63,894 bases of DNA, filler included, from Dirinaria sp. TL-2023a (GCA_051941275.1; 22 parts of 22 records of this genome joined end to end with filler, not necessarily neighbours in it), one strand, 5' to 3'. Shown: positions 1-13,025, counted from the whole stretch's first letter. Notes: generated by a model not told the origin, from the sequence alone. Program-made: numbers and translations.

Positions 1-1653
1 TTAGCGGAGATTGGTCTTGGGGGTTGAGAATCCGCACCTGTTTTCGGGGCTAGGCTTTTCGCGAAGAATGATTGCACTTTGGGGTCTTGCCACTGGACAG
101 ACGAGGTACCACTGTGAGAACACTTTAGTAAAGCTACCACTAGCATATTTCTGCCACATACTTCTTCTGATACCAGTCCTTGACGACCTGCGGTGTCGTG
201 TATGGAGCGGCATGGGCGTCGTACTGGCTGCTCCATTTCATCTCCGTCAAGTCGAATATTTGAAGTCCGTGCGTCGCCGTGTCTTGCGACATCTTCGGCG
301 AGTTGGCATCGAGTGCGTTCAGTCCCCCAACGGATAACATTTGCCGATTCCCGACTACTTGACAGCTGGTCGCACATGTCATGTCAGTTGCGCCCTCGGT
401 AGTCGTGGGAATGAAAGACTTACGTGTGAAAGTAGCGAGGATTCTTCGCTGGGTAGTCTGCTCGGAACCAAGCAAAGGCTGGTAAGGAGATCACATAGAC
501 AGCGTCCAAATTGATGTTTTGTTGGATTTGGGGCGCTGTAAGCTCCCCCTGGTTCTGGTTCGCTCGACCTCCATACATAAATCTGCGCCAGGATGATGAT
601 TAGCTCCAGAAGATGTAGACAATAAAATGGATGCGTACATTTCATAGGTGCCATTGTCGCCTTGCATCCCGACGGTACAGACGCCATCTCTCCCTGAGGG
701 TACGTCACCCGTAGAGGTTTGATAATGCCAAGTCCTATCGCTCGGCTCGTATATGGTGATATTCTCAAAATTGGGAGCCGTTTGATCTTGATTGGTGCCA
801 GTTCCCGCCGCTAGCAATAGACCTACAGGGCCAAAATTCGGCACAGAATTGAGCATGCCATTCAATCCGTTTGGCCGTTGTAGATGAGACGGCGCCGAAG
901 AATTTGTCCAAATACCGGTGGTCATGTTGAAGGACACCACGCCGCCTATAGGCACGTTGCTGGTGAGGTTCATAGTTTGCTGAGTGGTGTGGCTGTCTTC
1001 CATTCCACCAAGGATGAAGAATGTGTCATCCACCGTTGCAGCCAGAGCTCTAGCTGGACGCGTGACGTTGTTGAAACCTGATGAACCCCCCGGATTGAAC
1101 TGGGACCAGGACCCATTGCCCTCACCATTGATTGAGAATTGCCCTATAGATGTAAAAGGGGCGAGCCATGCGTTGAAAAGCCAATTTGTTTCTCCGCCGA
1201 ATTGGAAGAAAGATTTGTTGTCCGGTGCAGGGAACAGAAAGCCATCATTTAAATTAGGAACCACAGCGGTTTTATTGATAGCGCTGAACGGCGCACTATC
1301 ATTGGTCCAAGAACTGCTCATGTCGAGCGTTAGGGTATCATTGTCTGAAAGCTGTCTGTTAGCAGAGTGAAAAAGATAGGTGTAGGGTTGGCGGGAACGC
1401 GTTCAAGAGTGCAAATGGTCTTACTTAGCATGTTCACCGGCTCGCCATCGATCATCATGGCGATTTCGCCTCCATCGATCCAGACGTAGTTACCCAGCGC
1501 GAGAGCTGCAAATCATTAACATAACATTCGAGCCGTCCCGGTCTCAGCGGATGCTCACTCACAGGCATGATTTGCCCGTCGCACAAAATCATCCGCAGCT
1601 GGCTCGTCGGGATACGCGTGGTAGAGCTCATCGTAGGTTTCATTGCCTGACAT
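1..1653 (-). CDS. Kelch-repeat (beta-propeller) protein, multi-exon, 3' end truncated by window start
   Basis: Spliced translation reads MSGNETY...FVRRANHA/LALGNYVWIDGGE.../TLTLDMSSSWTND...FFQFGG...FFILGG...WHYQTSTGDVPSGR...MLSVGG...QIFDLTEMKW. It has GG kelch motifs and GT-AG introns. The start codon is uncertain. Confidence 0.75.
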
Positions 1654-3078
1654 TGGGACACGTTTTGACTGCTGTTGTTCAAATCTTAATTGGCCTTGCA
1701 GGCGCGGCTTCGTAGAACGTTGCAGCCGTGATTCTGTCTAGTGGTGGGAAGATTTTGAAAGTACAATCCACAGAGACGTGCCAGAATTACGGTAAGATGA
1801 AGAGTATTGTGAAGCTCAAGGCGAGAGCGACAGAGTCGCAAAAGGAAAGAAGGCTGTAGAGCGGGGCGAGCGAAGTGTCATGATCCTTCGTGGCACAGCG
1901 CAGAGACTAGCGTTGATATCGAAGAATGCGAGAGTGGTTGAGGCTGAGACGGTTGCTGTTAATTGGTGAATAGTTCGGTATCAACCACTGGCGCTCCTCA
2001 GCCTTGCACCATGTGCGGCCGAAGCATTCTTGGCGCGGTAGGAGCTTCTCTAGCTTCGAATCCTTCAAGTAAGAGCAATATTAAATGCAAAGATTTTCTC
2101 CCTCGAACACCGGCAAGCATCGTTGGTCCAGAGATCCCGGTTCTGTTGTTGCTCTGTTCCGCGATGATAAAAGATGTAAAGATGTATAGAGAGACTGGAA
2201 TAGGAAAATTATAAGTGTAGGTGGAAAGGGTGAGAACGACGCCACCAACTTCCGTTGGCCAATTGCAGTGCAGTGCAATCACAGCCCGATGGATCGACAT
2301 GTGTCCCGTGTCGGTTGCCAAGTCAAAGATAATCAAAGATTTGGTTTCGGGCATCAGTATTCCTTGGCCGCTCACATGCTGCTGTTCTTTCCCCTTCTCT
2401 GAACAATCCTGCAGTAAATAGTCGTTCAAATGTAAGAGTTAGAAACTCACCACCACTAAGAAATTGCCAAGATACTTTGACAAAAGCGGTTAGACTGTAA
2501 TTTAGTCAGCAGACTCCGGGTATTTAGTGCCCACAAAAGTTCTTCCTTTAGTTTTTAGGCAATTGCATACCAATACACACACAATTGGGTTCAATTCACC
2601 TCCCAAACACCTAAATCTGACATCAAACAAAAAGCTCAGACGTGCCGTCGAGGACTACACAAGGAGCGAAGCTGCGCTGCGATGATCAAATCATGGTAGC
2701 TGTTGAATAGGAGAGAAGAAAGGGTAGCAAGATTGAAATTGAAGGGAGCGGTGATCGTACGTCAATGATTGTCCGTTCTGGAGCCATGACTGCTCCACTG
2801 TCATGAGTTTCGTCTGAGAAGAAGACAAAGTATTTTCACGCCTCGTAGCCTTAGAGCTAGTTCTGTTCANNNNNNNNNNNNNNNNNNNNNNNNNNNNNNN
2901 NNNNNNNNNNNNNTTAATTAATTAANNNNNNNNNNNNNNNNNNNNNNNNNNNNNNNNNNNNNNNNNNNNAAAGGTGTATTCTAGAGCGGTGGTCAGTACT
3001 GCAACCATCACGTGGGTAGTCAGTCTGGCATTATATATAGGTCTCGCATGGGCCCTTAAATGGGTGTCAAATCGAGTA

Positions 3079-3115
<37 letters not shown>

Positions 3116-3273
3116 TTTTTTAAAATTTTTAATTCGAAAAACGAACTAATTCTTTTATGTGTATATCAATCTCTTGAAAGTAGTTCTCGCCGTCAACATG
3201 AAAAAACTACCCACATTTCTGTTCAAAATTCACTCGCGTCTTCAGATCTCTTTGCACTTGACCTATAAAAAAT

Positions 3274-4050
3274 ATGAAAGATGGTAGCTCGAGCTTCGGG
3301 CTCGCAAACCCAGATCTTCTCGAAAAGATTGATAGGCTTTTCGTCTGCAACGCGGGATATTGTGTAGATCTCCCACAGCTGATTGTGGTTGACGATCAAT
3401 CAAGTGGCAAAAGCTCGATCTTAAAAGCACTGACCAATCTTCCATTCCCTCGAGAGAGCGATCTGTGTACAAGATTTGCAACTCAGATCATCTTTCGACG
3501 ATCTTACGAGACACACGGATCGGTGTCAGTGATGCCGATCGAGAATGCAACCGAGGAACACAAAGCAGACTGTCGCACTTAGACCACGAATGAGTTTCAA
3601 TCATTAGACGTGGACTCATTTGCCAAGATCACGAAACAGGTATGTCAGCTCTTTGAGATCCTCTCACTGTAACGAATCGACCAGGTGAATGTTCTGATGA
3701 GCATTACGTCGGATGAGCCTGGCCTGAAGAGTACATTCTCCAAAAAGGTCTTACGACTTGAGATCACCAGTCTTAACGAAGAGCATCTGAGCGTTATCGA
3801 TGTCCCTGGTATCTTCAAGACAATTACGTCGGGGGTGACGATCGAGGCAGATATGGAAATGGTGGAGAGTATGGTCTATAACTACATGAAGAACCCCCAA
3901 TGTGTAATGCTGACCGTGTACCGGTAAATGTCGACATTGCTACGCAAGAGATCCTCGAAAAAGCGGAAGATGTGGATCGGGAGGGGACAAGGACTTTGGA
4001 AGTTCTCACAAAGCCAGTCTTAGTCGACCCAGGCGCGGAGAAAAGTAGCT
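3274..4050 (+). pseudogene. Dynamin-family (Mx/Vps1-like) GTPase N-terminal pseudogene
   Basis: LPQLIVVDDQSSGKSS (G1 with G->D), LCTRFAT (G2), IDVPG (G3), VLTKPV (G4). There is a premature TAG at 3580-3582 and a frameshift near 3920, and no stalk region follows. Confidence 0.85.
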
Positions 4051-4852
4051 CTGATCGCACATCAATCTTCACTTGTTTGGTGCTTCCTTCGAGTGCTTTT
4101 CACCAGTCAGGATTTTCGTTTCAGAAGGAATGATCTTTTGACTCTCGCTAAACACACACGCTCTCTTTTTGGTTTCGCATTTTTCTTCTTTTCTTCCCAC
4201 TTTTACATGATTGAGAACTTATTTTCTTTCGACTCATTCGCACTTGAAATGACGTGCACTGTCAGGACCCCTCCTGGGAGCGCGGGCCAGATTGGAAAGG
4301 TTTAACAACTAGGGAGCCTTGACGAATTTATCAAACCAGGTCCCCGACCTGGCTGCCTATCCTACTGCATATATATGCCCGTAACAAGAGCTCAAAAATT
4401 TTGTAAATTGTCTTTTCTTCCACTCCTGTTCCAAACATCCCATGAAACGCGGATATCGTTACCCATCTCAGGCGCTTATAGTCCGGGGTTCATGCGCTGC
4501 GGCTATAGTCCAGACAAGGATTGTGCTTCCGCAGAAAACGTTTCATCAACGGTAGCTAGATACGGAGTACTTCGTACGAATGATCGCCTGGTAACGATTT
4601 GACTAATTTATCTCTTTCTATTGATGCGCCGTCATTCACGCCGTGTTTGAGAGAACCCTCAAATGACGCATACGCACTAATCCTGCCGGGAAATTGGTTA
4701 CCGTAGTTCTGAAACAGAATCTGGCAAGTCTTCGAGTGCATATATGTATTTCGTGTCCCCGTTTTGAAAGGTTGTTGGGAACGAAAGAACACGTGCGCTG
4801 GTTCTGGCAAGCATAAATCAAGTATCGCCGAACGGATTGCTGAGTGTTCGAT

Positions 4853-5466
4853 ATGAAGTGTAATACCGTAAGCATGAAATACTCCTCCCCAAAGCTTAAC
4901 AAACAGCTGAATTATGCACAGACATTAGTAAAAGGCGCGCTTTCCGCCCAAGCAGCGCTCACTCAACAACCATCTGTTCGTCCCCTAGCCCTTCCCTCAT
5001 CCATAACCCCCAGCGAATGTCACTAAGCGCAGGACTGATCTTCTAGTCCAACCTCCCCACACAAGCCAAATGCTGGTCAATCGCCTACTCTCCCTCTTCC
5101 ATCACCGCTGCCGCCACGCAAGCCAAGAACCTCCCCCTCGGCTCCATCCAAGGCTTCCCCATGCCCTACCCGCTCTCAAACCTCCACTTCCCAGCCTGGG
5201 ATAATAACGGCGGCCCTTTCCCCTCCAGCGGCGCTCCCTTCGCACCAGGGTGCGATACGAGCGATATGAAGAAATTTCCGCTCGTGCCGCCGGTCCTGGC
5301 GGGCGCGAATGGAGCGTGGGATGGGACTAAGGATCGGAGTAGTGTTGTTGATGGGGGGAGTACGCAGAGTGATTTTGTGTTTGTGGATGGGGCGGGAAGG
5401 TTTTGTCTTATTGCGACGGAGACGCCGTATGGGGTTCAGGGGTGGTTGCCGTGTTGGTGGCAGTGA
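4853..5466 (+). CDS. Small secreted RNase T1/U2-like protein, predicted catalytically inactive (3 exons: 4853-4867, 4922-4975, 5047-5466; 162 aa)
   Basis: Introns GTAAGC..CAG and GTTCGT..TAG are both phase 0 and join an open frame: MKCNT/TLVKGALSAQAALTQQPS/SNLPTQAKCWSIAYSPSSITAA...GFPMPY...GCDTSDMKKFPLV...SDFVFVDGAGRFCLIATE...WLPCWWQ. Motif order matches the fungal guanyl-specific RNase fold. Confidence 0.6.
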
Positions 5467-6439
5467 GTGATGCATTGTAGGGGGAAGTGTGAATGTGTCC
5501 AGGGTGAAGAAGACTGCTTGGTTGATGTTGCATGGAAGATTTAATGAGATCGCCACCATGGATGATCTCGCTGCTCGTACGAGCATAGCAGTAACGCTTA
5601 ATTGAATGATAAAAGAAGGAGCCTTTCTAGCCGACACCTGAGCTCACTCTACGAGCACTTACTGTGGTCACTTGTAATGGCCCCGATATCGATTCTGTTA
5701 CTTGTGAGACTTGAGATCGAACTCCGCTTATCGACGACTGCGTCTCAGCAATCTGCTCGCTCAAAAGATCTCCTGACTTCTTCACACAGCCAGGAGAGAA
5801 GGGCGCAACGTGGTGCGCAGGTGTAAGTAACGCATCTCNNNNNNNNNNNNNNNNNNNNNNNNNNNNNNNNNNNNNNNNNNNNTTAATTAATTAANNNNNN
5901 NNNNNNNNNNNNNNNNNNNNNNNNNNNNNNNNNNNNNNGAAGACGTTTCTTCATCACAAGAGCTCACGTCAGCGTGGGCTCTTCGTCGTCGGAGCACTGA
6001 AGACATGACACATCTCAAACTCGAACAGGAACGTGGCATTCTTGAAACGAAAGATGAGACAAAAGTTGAAGATTCGGAGCACTTCTCATTCAAGGTGGCA
6101 AAATGACTATCGAAGAGAGCAGCTATTTCACAAACTTCTCTCATGCTGTCACAGAAGGTGATCGAGCCACCTGACAGGATGAGCGACATAGACTAAATAG
6201 TTTGTGACTAGTATGAATCTTACTAAGACTCCACACAAGTAGAAGCACGAAAATATAACATTCTCATGAACATTGTATAATGGAGTCATATGGCGTGAGG
6301 TTTTTCAGTTGACAGTCTTTGGGTAGGCTTTTCAGTTAGTGAAGGCCTATACGGCAAATGCTCAGCAGCTCTAATGAATGAAAGACAAGATGAAGAATAG
6401 CACAGTAACTTCAAGACGTCAGCACACCAAAATAAGTTT

Positions 6440-7320
6440 CAGAGTCTCTTTCGTTCGTTCATCTCTCTAGTCTCGGGTACAGATGTTTTCAAAAATTCAT
6501 ACACGACTGCCATTAATGCATTATCGAATGCTAGAGCTTTCATTGCCGTCATAGTTTCTCATGTGACGAGATCAATGTGTGGTGTCAAAACACATTTATC
6601 GTTATGACGCAAGCTCTCAGGAACATTCGACTCTTTTTCGTACACATTCAAGCCTACACTGAAAAGATGATCTTGATCAAGAGCTTCGAGCACTGCTGAC
6701 TCGTTCAAGATAGACTCACGAGCAGTATTAATTATAATCGCCTCTTTCTTCATCATCTGAATTTCTTGAGCATCAATCATATGATGAGTTGATGAATTCG
6801 ATGAAACATGAACACTGATTATATCACTCGTTCTAAGAAGTTGTTCGAAGCTCACATATTGTGCATCTTTAGGGCTCTTATCGACAGACAGCGATGTGCG
6901 GTTATGATATTGAATGTGCATACCAAACGGAACAGCACGTTTAGCAAGTTCGGTCTCGATCTCGCTCATTCCGAGGATCCCAAGGGTTTTTCCGTCCGGG
7001 TCATATCCAAGCTCCATTTCACCACGCCAGCGGTCTGCTCGTAGGGCACTGCAAGGAACCTGAATTCGCCTGAGGCATTCAAGAAGTAGCCACATGGCAT
7101 TCGTAGCTGTAGATCTGCTATTTATTCGAGGAGTATGAGAGACTTTGATTTCTACGATTTTCAAGTTAGAGGCATATTTCACAACTGCTGCACAATCCTA
7201 TCTCGTGCTGCACACAACGAAACATCGATCGACTCATAGACGGCTCCTATATGACATATATATCTAACAGATGATGGCAGAAATTTCAAGAGTGTCTCGT
7301 CGAAACGGCCCGTCATCTAA
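6440..7320 (-). pseudogene. D-isomer-specific 2-hydroxyacid dehydrogenase (glyoxylate reductase-like), RIP-type degraded
   Basis: TGRFDETLLKFLPSSVRYICH; GILGMSEIETELAKRA (GxGxxG destroyed); INTARES; GLNVYEKES; LTPHID followed by an in-frame TGA at 6559-6561 while homology continues. Confidence 0.85.
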
Positions 7321-9562
7321 AAGCTTGTAAGTGCCACTTCTTCAAATTCAGCTCTAGAGGATCATCTCAGTTGACTCGAAAGTTCTGATTATCACACTGA
7401 CACTGGCAAACTGGTCCGTCCGACAGAGATCTCGGAATCGATCTCGAGAGGTATCTATGATTTGCTGTTCAAAAGTTTAGGCTTCTTAAAAAGTGAATTG
7501 ACTACAGAGCAAATACTTCAACCGTTGTATTAACCCTCAATTGTTTCCATAATTGCTGTGCAGCTACAATTTTTCCAATCAACAGGATCTTTGACTTTAC
7601 TTGATTTCTTCTGATATGCGGAGGGTTGGACATGTTCGAGCAATCTTTCGATAGTCTCTTCAAAGACAGAAAGCGAAGGAAGTGGCTCGTTATGAAGTGA
7701 TATGATGCGAATGCAAAGGCAGAAGCTCTGCGAAAGGGGCTTTCGCTGGCGAAAGAGGAAAGGCTTCTGACTTCTTGTAAACATCTGTAAATAATATTCC
7801 CTCTTTCCGTGATCGCGATGCTCTCTCGCAGTCCTCTATATAAGGGCGACACGCGAGTTGATATTCATCATTTGTCAGAGCGTACTGATTTTTCTGCCAA
7901 ATGCCGCATAACCTAGCGTGGACTGAATCATTATGGCATTCAGCGATATGATTTGAAATCAGCTGAAACTTGGTATGGTTCATTGCAGAATTTAGACTCT
8001 AGCAATCATCATAATACGTCAAACCCAATTCATCTCGAGTTATGATGGGGGATGTTGCATCGTAACGATTGCATTTTCATTCTTGCATCACCCGGGGCCT
8101 TTCCGTTCCGGGCTAAAGTGTCAAGCGTGCTTGCGAAGCATCATCCTTATCTTTTTGAGTTGTACGCACCTAATTCTCCTTCTCTATTGCTTCAAATCGA
8201 TCAATGCACAGGTTTGAGGGTCTTGAGCGGCTACGTTTCACTATATGCTCATAAGCTCACATTCGAGTCAGTCTAATCTAGTCTGCTCATCTTTGTATTA
8301 ATCACCAAGCTTTGAATCATCTGATGCGATGGACGAGAATAGAGAGCTACAGAATTCTACAAGAGTACATTGATATACGTCATGTGCGGAAAGCCCGACA
8401 TGCTCTTAACGAGCATCTTGAAATTCACTCAGCGCGTGCAGAAGGGAGGCTGGTTTCTTTCGTCACTTACGTTCCCTGTTAAATTCTGATTTCACGTCCT
8501 CGGTTGCGGTTTTTCAGTCCAACAGACGGCAAGGTCGCGGCCGTTCCGGATCATACTTCTATACGATATGTTTGGATGGATCTCTCGAAATCTGGAACGG
8601 GATGGCCGCAGTATATTCTAGGCTCACACAATGAGCACGACTAAGCGATTTTGAGCACAATGCCTAGGCCTCAAATCCGCTTACTCGAAGGCGACATACT
8701 CGTCTGGAAAGGGAGCAGTGCATTCTATTGTTTGGGGGAAAGAGGAAGTGGGCTAGTTATGCTCATTCGATTCTCACATCATTCACGATCTCGGCACTGA
8801 GGTNNNNNNNNNNNNNNNNNNNNNNNNNNNNNNNNNNNNNNNNNNNNTTAATTAATTAANNNNNNNNNNNNNNNNNNNNNNNNNNNNNNNNNNNNNNNNN
8901 NNNTCGATTAGCTGTTCGGCTGGTCAGGACCGAGGCACCGTGTTCATTCCGTCATCGCGGCCAGTTATCCTTTCAACACAGACTGTGAGCAAATCATCTC
9001 TCGTCTTGATAGCGATCTGGAAAACCATAAGTCGTGGAACATAGAGCAAATGGCCCGAGCCAAGTCTTGTCGAATGGTGATCCTGCCTTTCTTATTACTC
9101 GTCTTTCGAGATTGCGCTGACGTTCTACGTCACGACCATCATCACGGGAGTGCCATTGATAGCTCTCGCAAGATCGTAGTCAATTATCGAAGTCACTTCG
9201 GAAACATCAGCCGCATGGGAGGATTGCCCCGGTTCGACCATCGGCGATGGTGGCCCTTTTGCATTACGTACCTGCCTTCTTGGTCTTTGGAGTTGTGGCA
9301 CTCCCGTGGTAGGGGACGTGATGGCTGCACCCAATTCCTCCCCTTATCTTTTAGGCCAAGGCGGCTCTGGAACCTTTCGAATCGCATCTGAGATCCTTGT
9401 TATGTCGTGATAGATTGTGTCCTGTTCTCGCGCAATGTTCTCGATCTAGTTCTTTACTTTTGGATGAATCCGAGATTTGTTTAAATTCGTTGTGCATGAA
9501 TCGTCTCCACCCTTCCAAGTACAAGGTTTCTAGAACCCTGGTTTAAAAATTTTTGGACAGCT

Positions 9563-11717
9563 ATGGCAGGGACCACTAAAGATTTCTCATTGGCATATAC
9601 ACAAGCGGAGCATCACGATGCCTTTGAAAGCCGGCACCGACTCACAACATTAGAAACAAACCCATGGTGGAAGTTCGGTGGCCGTGATCGAAGCTTCATC
9701 CCAACCCGATCGGAAACATCGAAAACGAGTCTTGATAATTTCAACGATCCTGGCACCTCTTATGGCGATAGTACCGCAGACGACAGCGTGTATAATGATA
9801 CCAAAGCTTATGATATCTACAAGCCGATCGAAGACTATGAGGGTCGCCATAGATTCGATCAGACTGCGACATGGTCTGACGAAGAAGAGAAGAAACTCAT
9901 TCGCCGAGTGTGCACTTTCTTTCTAGACGAGGAGAAGACAAATGTTGACTTGAGCAATAGCTTGACATGAAGATCTGCTTGTGGGCATGTATTATGTTCT
10001 TTGCCTTGCAGCTTGATCGCGGCAACATTGTGCAGGCGTTGTCAGATAACATGCTTGGTAAAATATCTTGAACAATGCTGGGCTCTGAATTGTGTACATC
10101 GACTAACAGTTACCTATGAAGATGACCTTAAGTTGACCACGAATGTCTACAACAACGGCATGACGATATTCTATTGCTCGTTCCTATTTGCAGAGCTCCC
10201 ATCACAGCTCATCAGCAAAAAGGTTGGCCCAGACAATTGGATACCGTGAGTCTTCATGCTCGAGCTACTCAACATTACTTACTAACACGGCTTGCGCTCG
10301 AAAGTATTCAGATGATTGCATGGAGGTAAAAACATATCTCTCCACGAGCGGAGAGGATTGCTAACTTGGATTGCATTACAGTTGTGTTGCCAGCTCTCAG
10401 AGTCATCTTACCGGGAAATCGAGTTTCTACATTACTCGATTCCTGCTTGGTCTGATTGAAGGGTACGATATTTTCGCTCCATACTATCTGCATTTCTAAT
10501 CCCACATATGGCTTTGCTAATACAATGAACCGGACTTGCAGAGGGTTTATCCCAGATGTAGATCACCTCGTTCCAAGACAGTTTGAAGGCTGTTTTCAGC
10601 GTTCATACTAACAGACACTACTATAGGTCATACTTTACCTCAGTTATTTCTACAAGAACAAGGAACTACCCATCAGGCTTGCATGCTTCTGGACCTCGTA
10701 TGTCGGCACCAACATTGCCGGCTCGTTCCTTGCGTATGGCATCCTCCATCTCCGGGGTCACAATGGCTGGGCTGGATGGCGCTATTTGTTTGCCATTGAA
10801 GGCGGTATCACCGCCACCATTGGCGTCATATCTTGGCTCTATCTACCGCCATCACCAACCCAAACCAAAAGACAAGGCCTTAAAGGGCTCCTACGCAGCA
10901 AGGACGGTTGGTTCACCGTAAGGGAGGAAGTTATCATGGTGACGCGCATCCTAAGGGACGACCCCGGCAAAGCAACCATGCACAATCGACAAGCGGTTGA
11001 TTTCAAACTCCTATGGAGGAGTCTCAAGGATTATGACATGTGGCCCGTGTATCTCCTCGGACTGACATGGACAATCCCATTCACGCCCGAGACGAACTAC
11101 CTGAGTCTGACTTTGCGGTCTCTGGGCTTTAACGTGTTCCAGACCAATCTATTGATCATTCCCTCGAGCGTGCTGTTCATCATCCAACTACTCTTCTGGA
11201 CATGGTTTTCCGAGAAGTTCAATCAGAGGTTCTTCATTGGCTTCGTCAGTCAGATTTGGGCTATCCCCTTGCTTATCGCCCTTGAGACGCTACCACTCAA
11301 ATTCCACAACGCCGCCTGGTCCCGCTACGCACTATCTTCCATGCTCGTCGGCTATCCATATGCTCACGCAATGTTGGGTATGAGTTTCAGAAGGCACGGA
11401 CAGCCGTACCTGCATTGCTAACAAATGATTCCATTATAGTCGCAATTACGAGCCGGAACTCCGGCTCAGTGAGGACACGAACGGTGGGCTCTTCGATCTA
11501 TAATATGTCGGTTCAGGCTAGCAATATCATTTCTTCGCAAGTGAGCACAAGTCATCACTTAACTCAAATATCAGAACTTGTTCATTCATGCTCTACAGAT
11601 CTACCGTACGAATGACAAACCACTGTATCGCAAGGGAAACAAAGTCCTCCTCGGCCTCGCAGCATACAACGCCGCCCTCTTCGTGGTCGCCAAGTTCTAT
11701 TACGTCTGGAAGAACAG
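9563..11717 (+). CDS. MFS transporter, allantoate permease (Dal5/ACS) family, multi-exon, 3' truncated
   Basis: [14 protein letters not shown]..., [59 protein letters not shown]. There are many short GT-AG introns. Confidence 0.9.
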
Positions 11718-11860
11718 GTAAGGTTTTCGATGTCACGTCCGAGGTTAGTAGCTCTAGACANNNNNNNNNNNNNNNNNNNNNNNNNNNNNNNNNNNNNNNN
11801 NNNNTTAATTAATTAANNNNNNNNNNNNNNNNNNNNNNNNNNNNNNNNNNNNNNNNNNNN

Positions 11861-12124
11861 GTGTTGGATGACCCGGACGCGGAGGATCAATTTGCGCTGG
11901 TACAGATTGCGGATGATTTCCGAGCTCTGTTTACGAAGTGCGTCAGAGCGAGCGTTTACGGGCCCTCCTCAGGATTCATCCCCGTTGGACCCCGAAAGGT
12001 CCTCAAACTGTCTGTAGGCCCGACGCCTCAGGGTGGAATGCATAACTTCACGGCCGGTGGATATGATTTCAGGGTTGGCCGGGCTTCGGCGAAGCGGCAT
12101 TTCGTCGACCTGGTCCAGTCGTGA
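11861..12124 (+). CDS. C-terminal fragment of a putative secreted protein, paralogous to 13295-13954
   Basis: The frame is open from the contig start. DAEDQF-x15-CV...GP..GFIPVGPRKVLKLSV aligns by eye with DHEESW-x15-CV...GP..GVIIPKPKSEVLRLEI. Confidence 0.45.
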   Translation: MLDDPDAEDQFALVQIADDFRALFTKCVRASVYGPSSGFIPVGPRKVLKLSVGPTPQGGMHNFTAGGYDFRVGRASAKRHFVDLVQS

Positions 12125-12687
12125 CCTTCGAATTAGACTACTGGCTCGAGGGATTGATGATAGTCCTCAAAAGGACTGGGAATAAGGTATGGGCGTTATC
12201 TTTCTGCATATTTACCTAGCGACGATTAGGTGCTGGAGAAAGGTGTACTCTCTGTATCAGTTGAGGGAAGTGCAGGCTGTTTCTGGGCAGAGTCGCATGT
12301 TCAACTTCCATACTCATTTCAAACATTCTAGTTCTCACCCTCCTCACTTTTGATGAGAATCCGAGGAGATCAAATTACAGGATGACGCCCTAGCATTATT
12401 CGACAATTCTTTAGCGCTCTTCCTAATGACGAATAGGGGAAGTCGATAAGGGATTCCTATCGCATCTTGGCGACATGACGCAATGCCAAGACCTTTGCCA
12501 TTTTCGGATATTGAACGATACCGGACAAGGTAAGATGTAAGTACCATTTCACGTCTGCGCCGGCTGCCGTCCAGAACCATCTCGATTCTCGAGCGAGGTT
12601 TCATTCCGTGATCACATATCGAGAGATATAAACATAAGCTACGCTCCTATGCGAGCCTTCTGATTCCCGGAGCTAATTCATCAAATC

Positions 12688-13025
12688 ATGTGCATCCAGG
12701 GAACTTGTCACAACTGCCGTACGTCTCCATGGATACCCTTTCCTCTTCATCTAGTCCATTTGCGCACAATTTTGTCTTCTGGATCATATTTCCTTCCATC
12801 CTTTGTTGGTCCTACTCTGATTTTCAACGTGCCACAGAAAATTCCTCCTGGTGGGGCTGCGGTAAGCATGTTCCGAACGTCATGGACGGCCTACCTAAGG
12901 AGCGATGGTGTTCCTGTGAGCCTAAGATTGAGCGCGAGGGCAAGCAGTATCCTCCTATGGCGCCGAAGGGGAACTGGCTACCGAAATGGCTGTGCTCTGT
13001 GATGGTCAAAGACGCTCCGAAGTAA
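12688..13025 (+). CDS. Small Cys/His-rich protein (72 aa; exons 12688-12718, 12838-13025)
   Basis: A GTACGT..CAG intron joins MCIQGTCHNC to QNSSWWGCGKHVPNVMDGLPKERWCSCEPK. The CxxC/CxxH/CxC pattern suggests metal binding. Confidence 0.75.
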
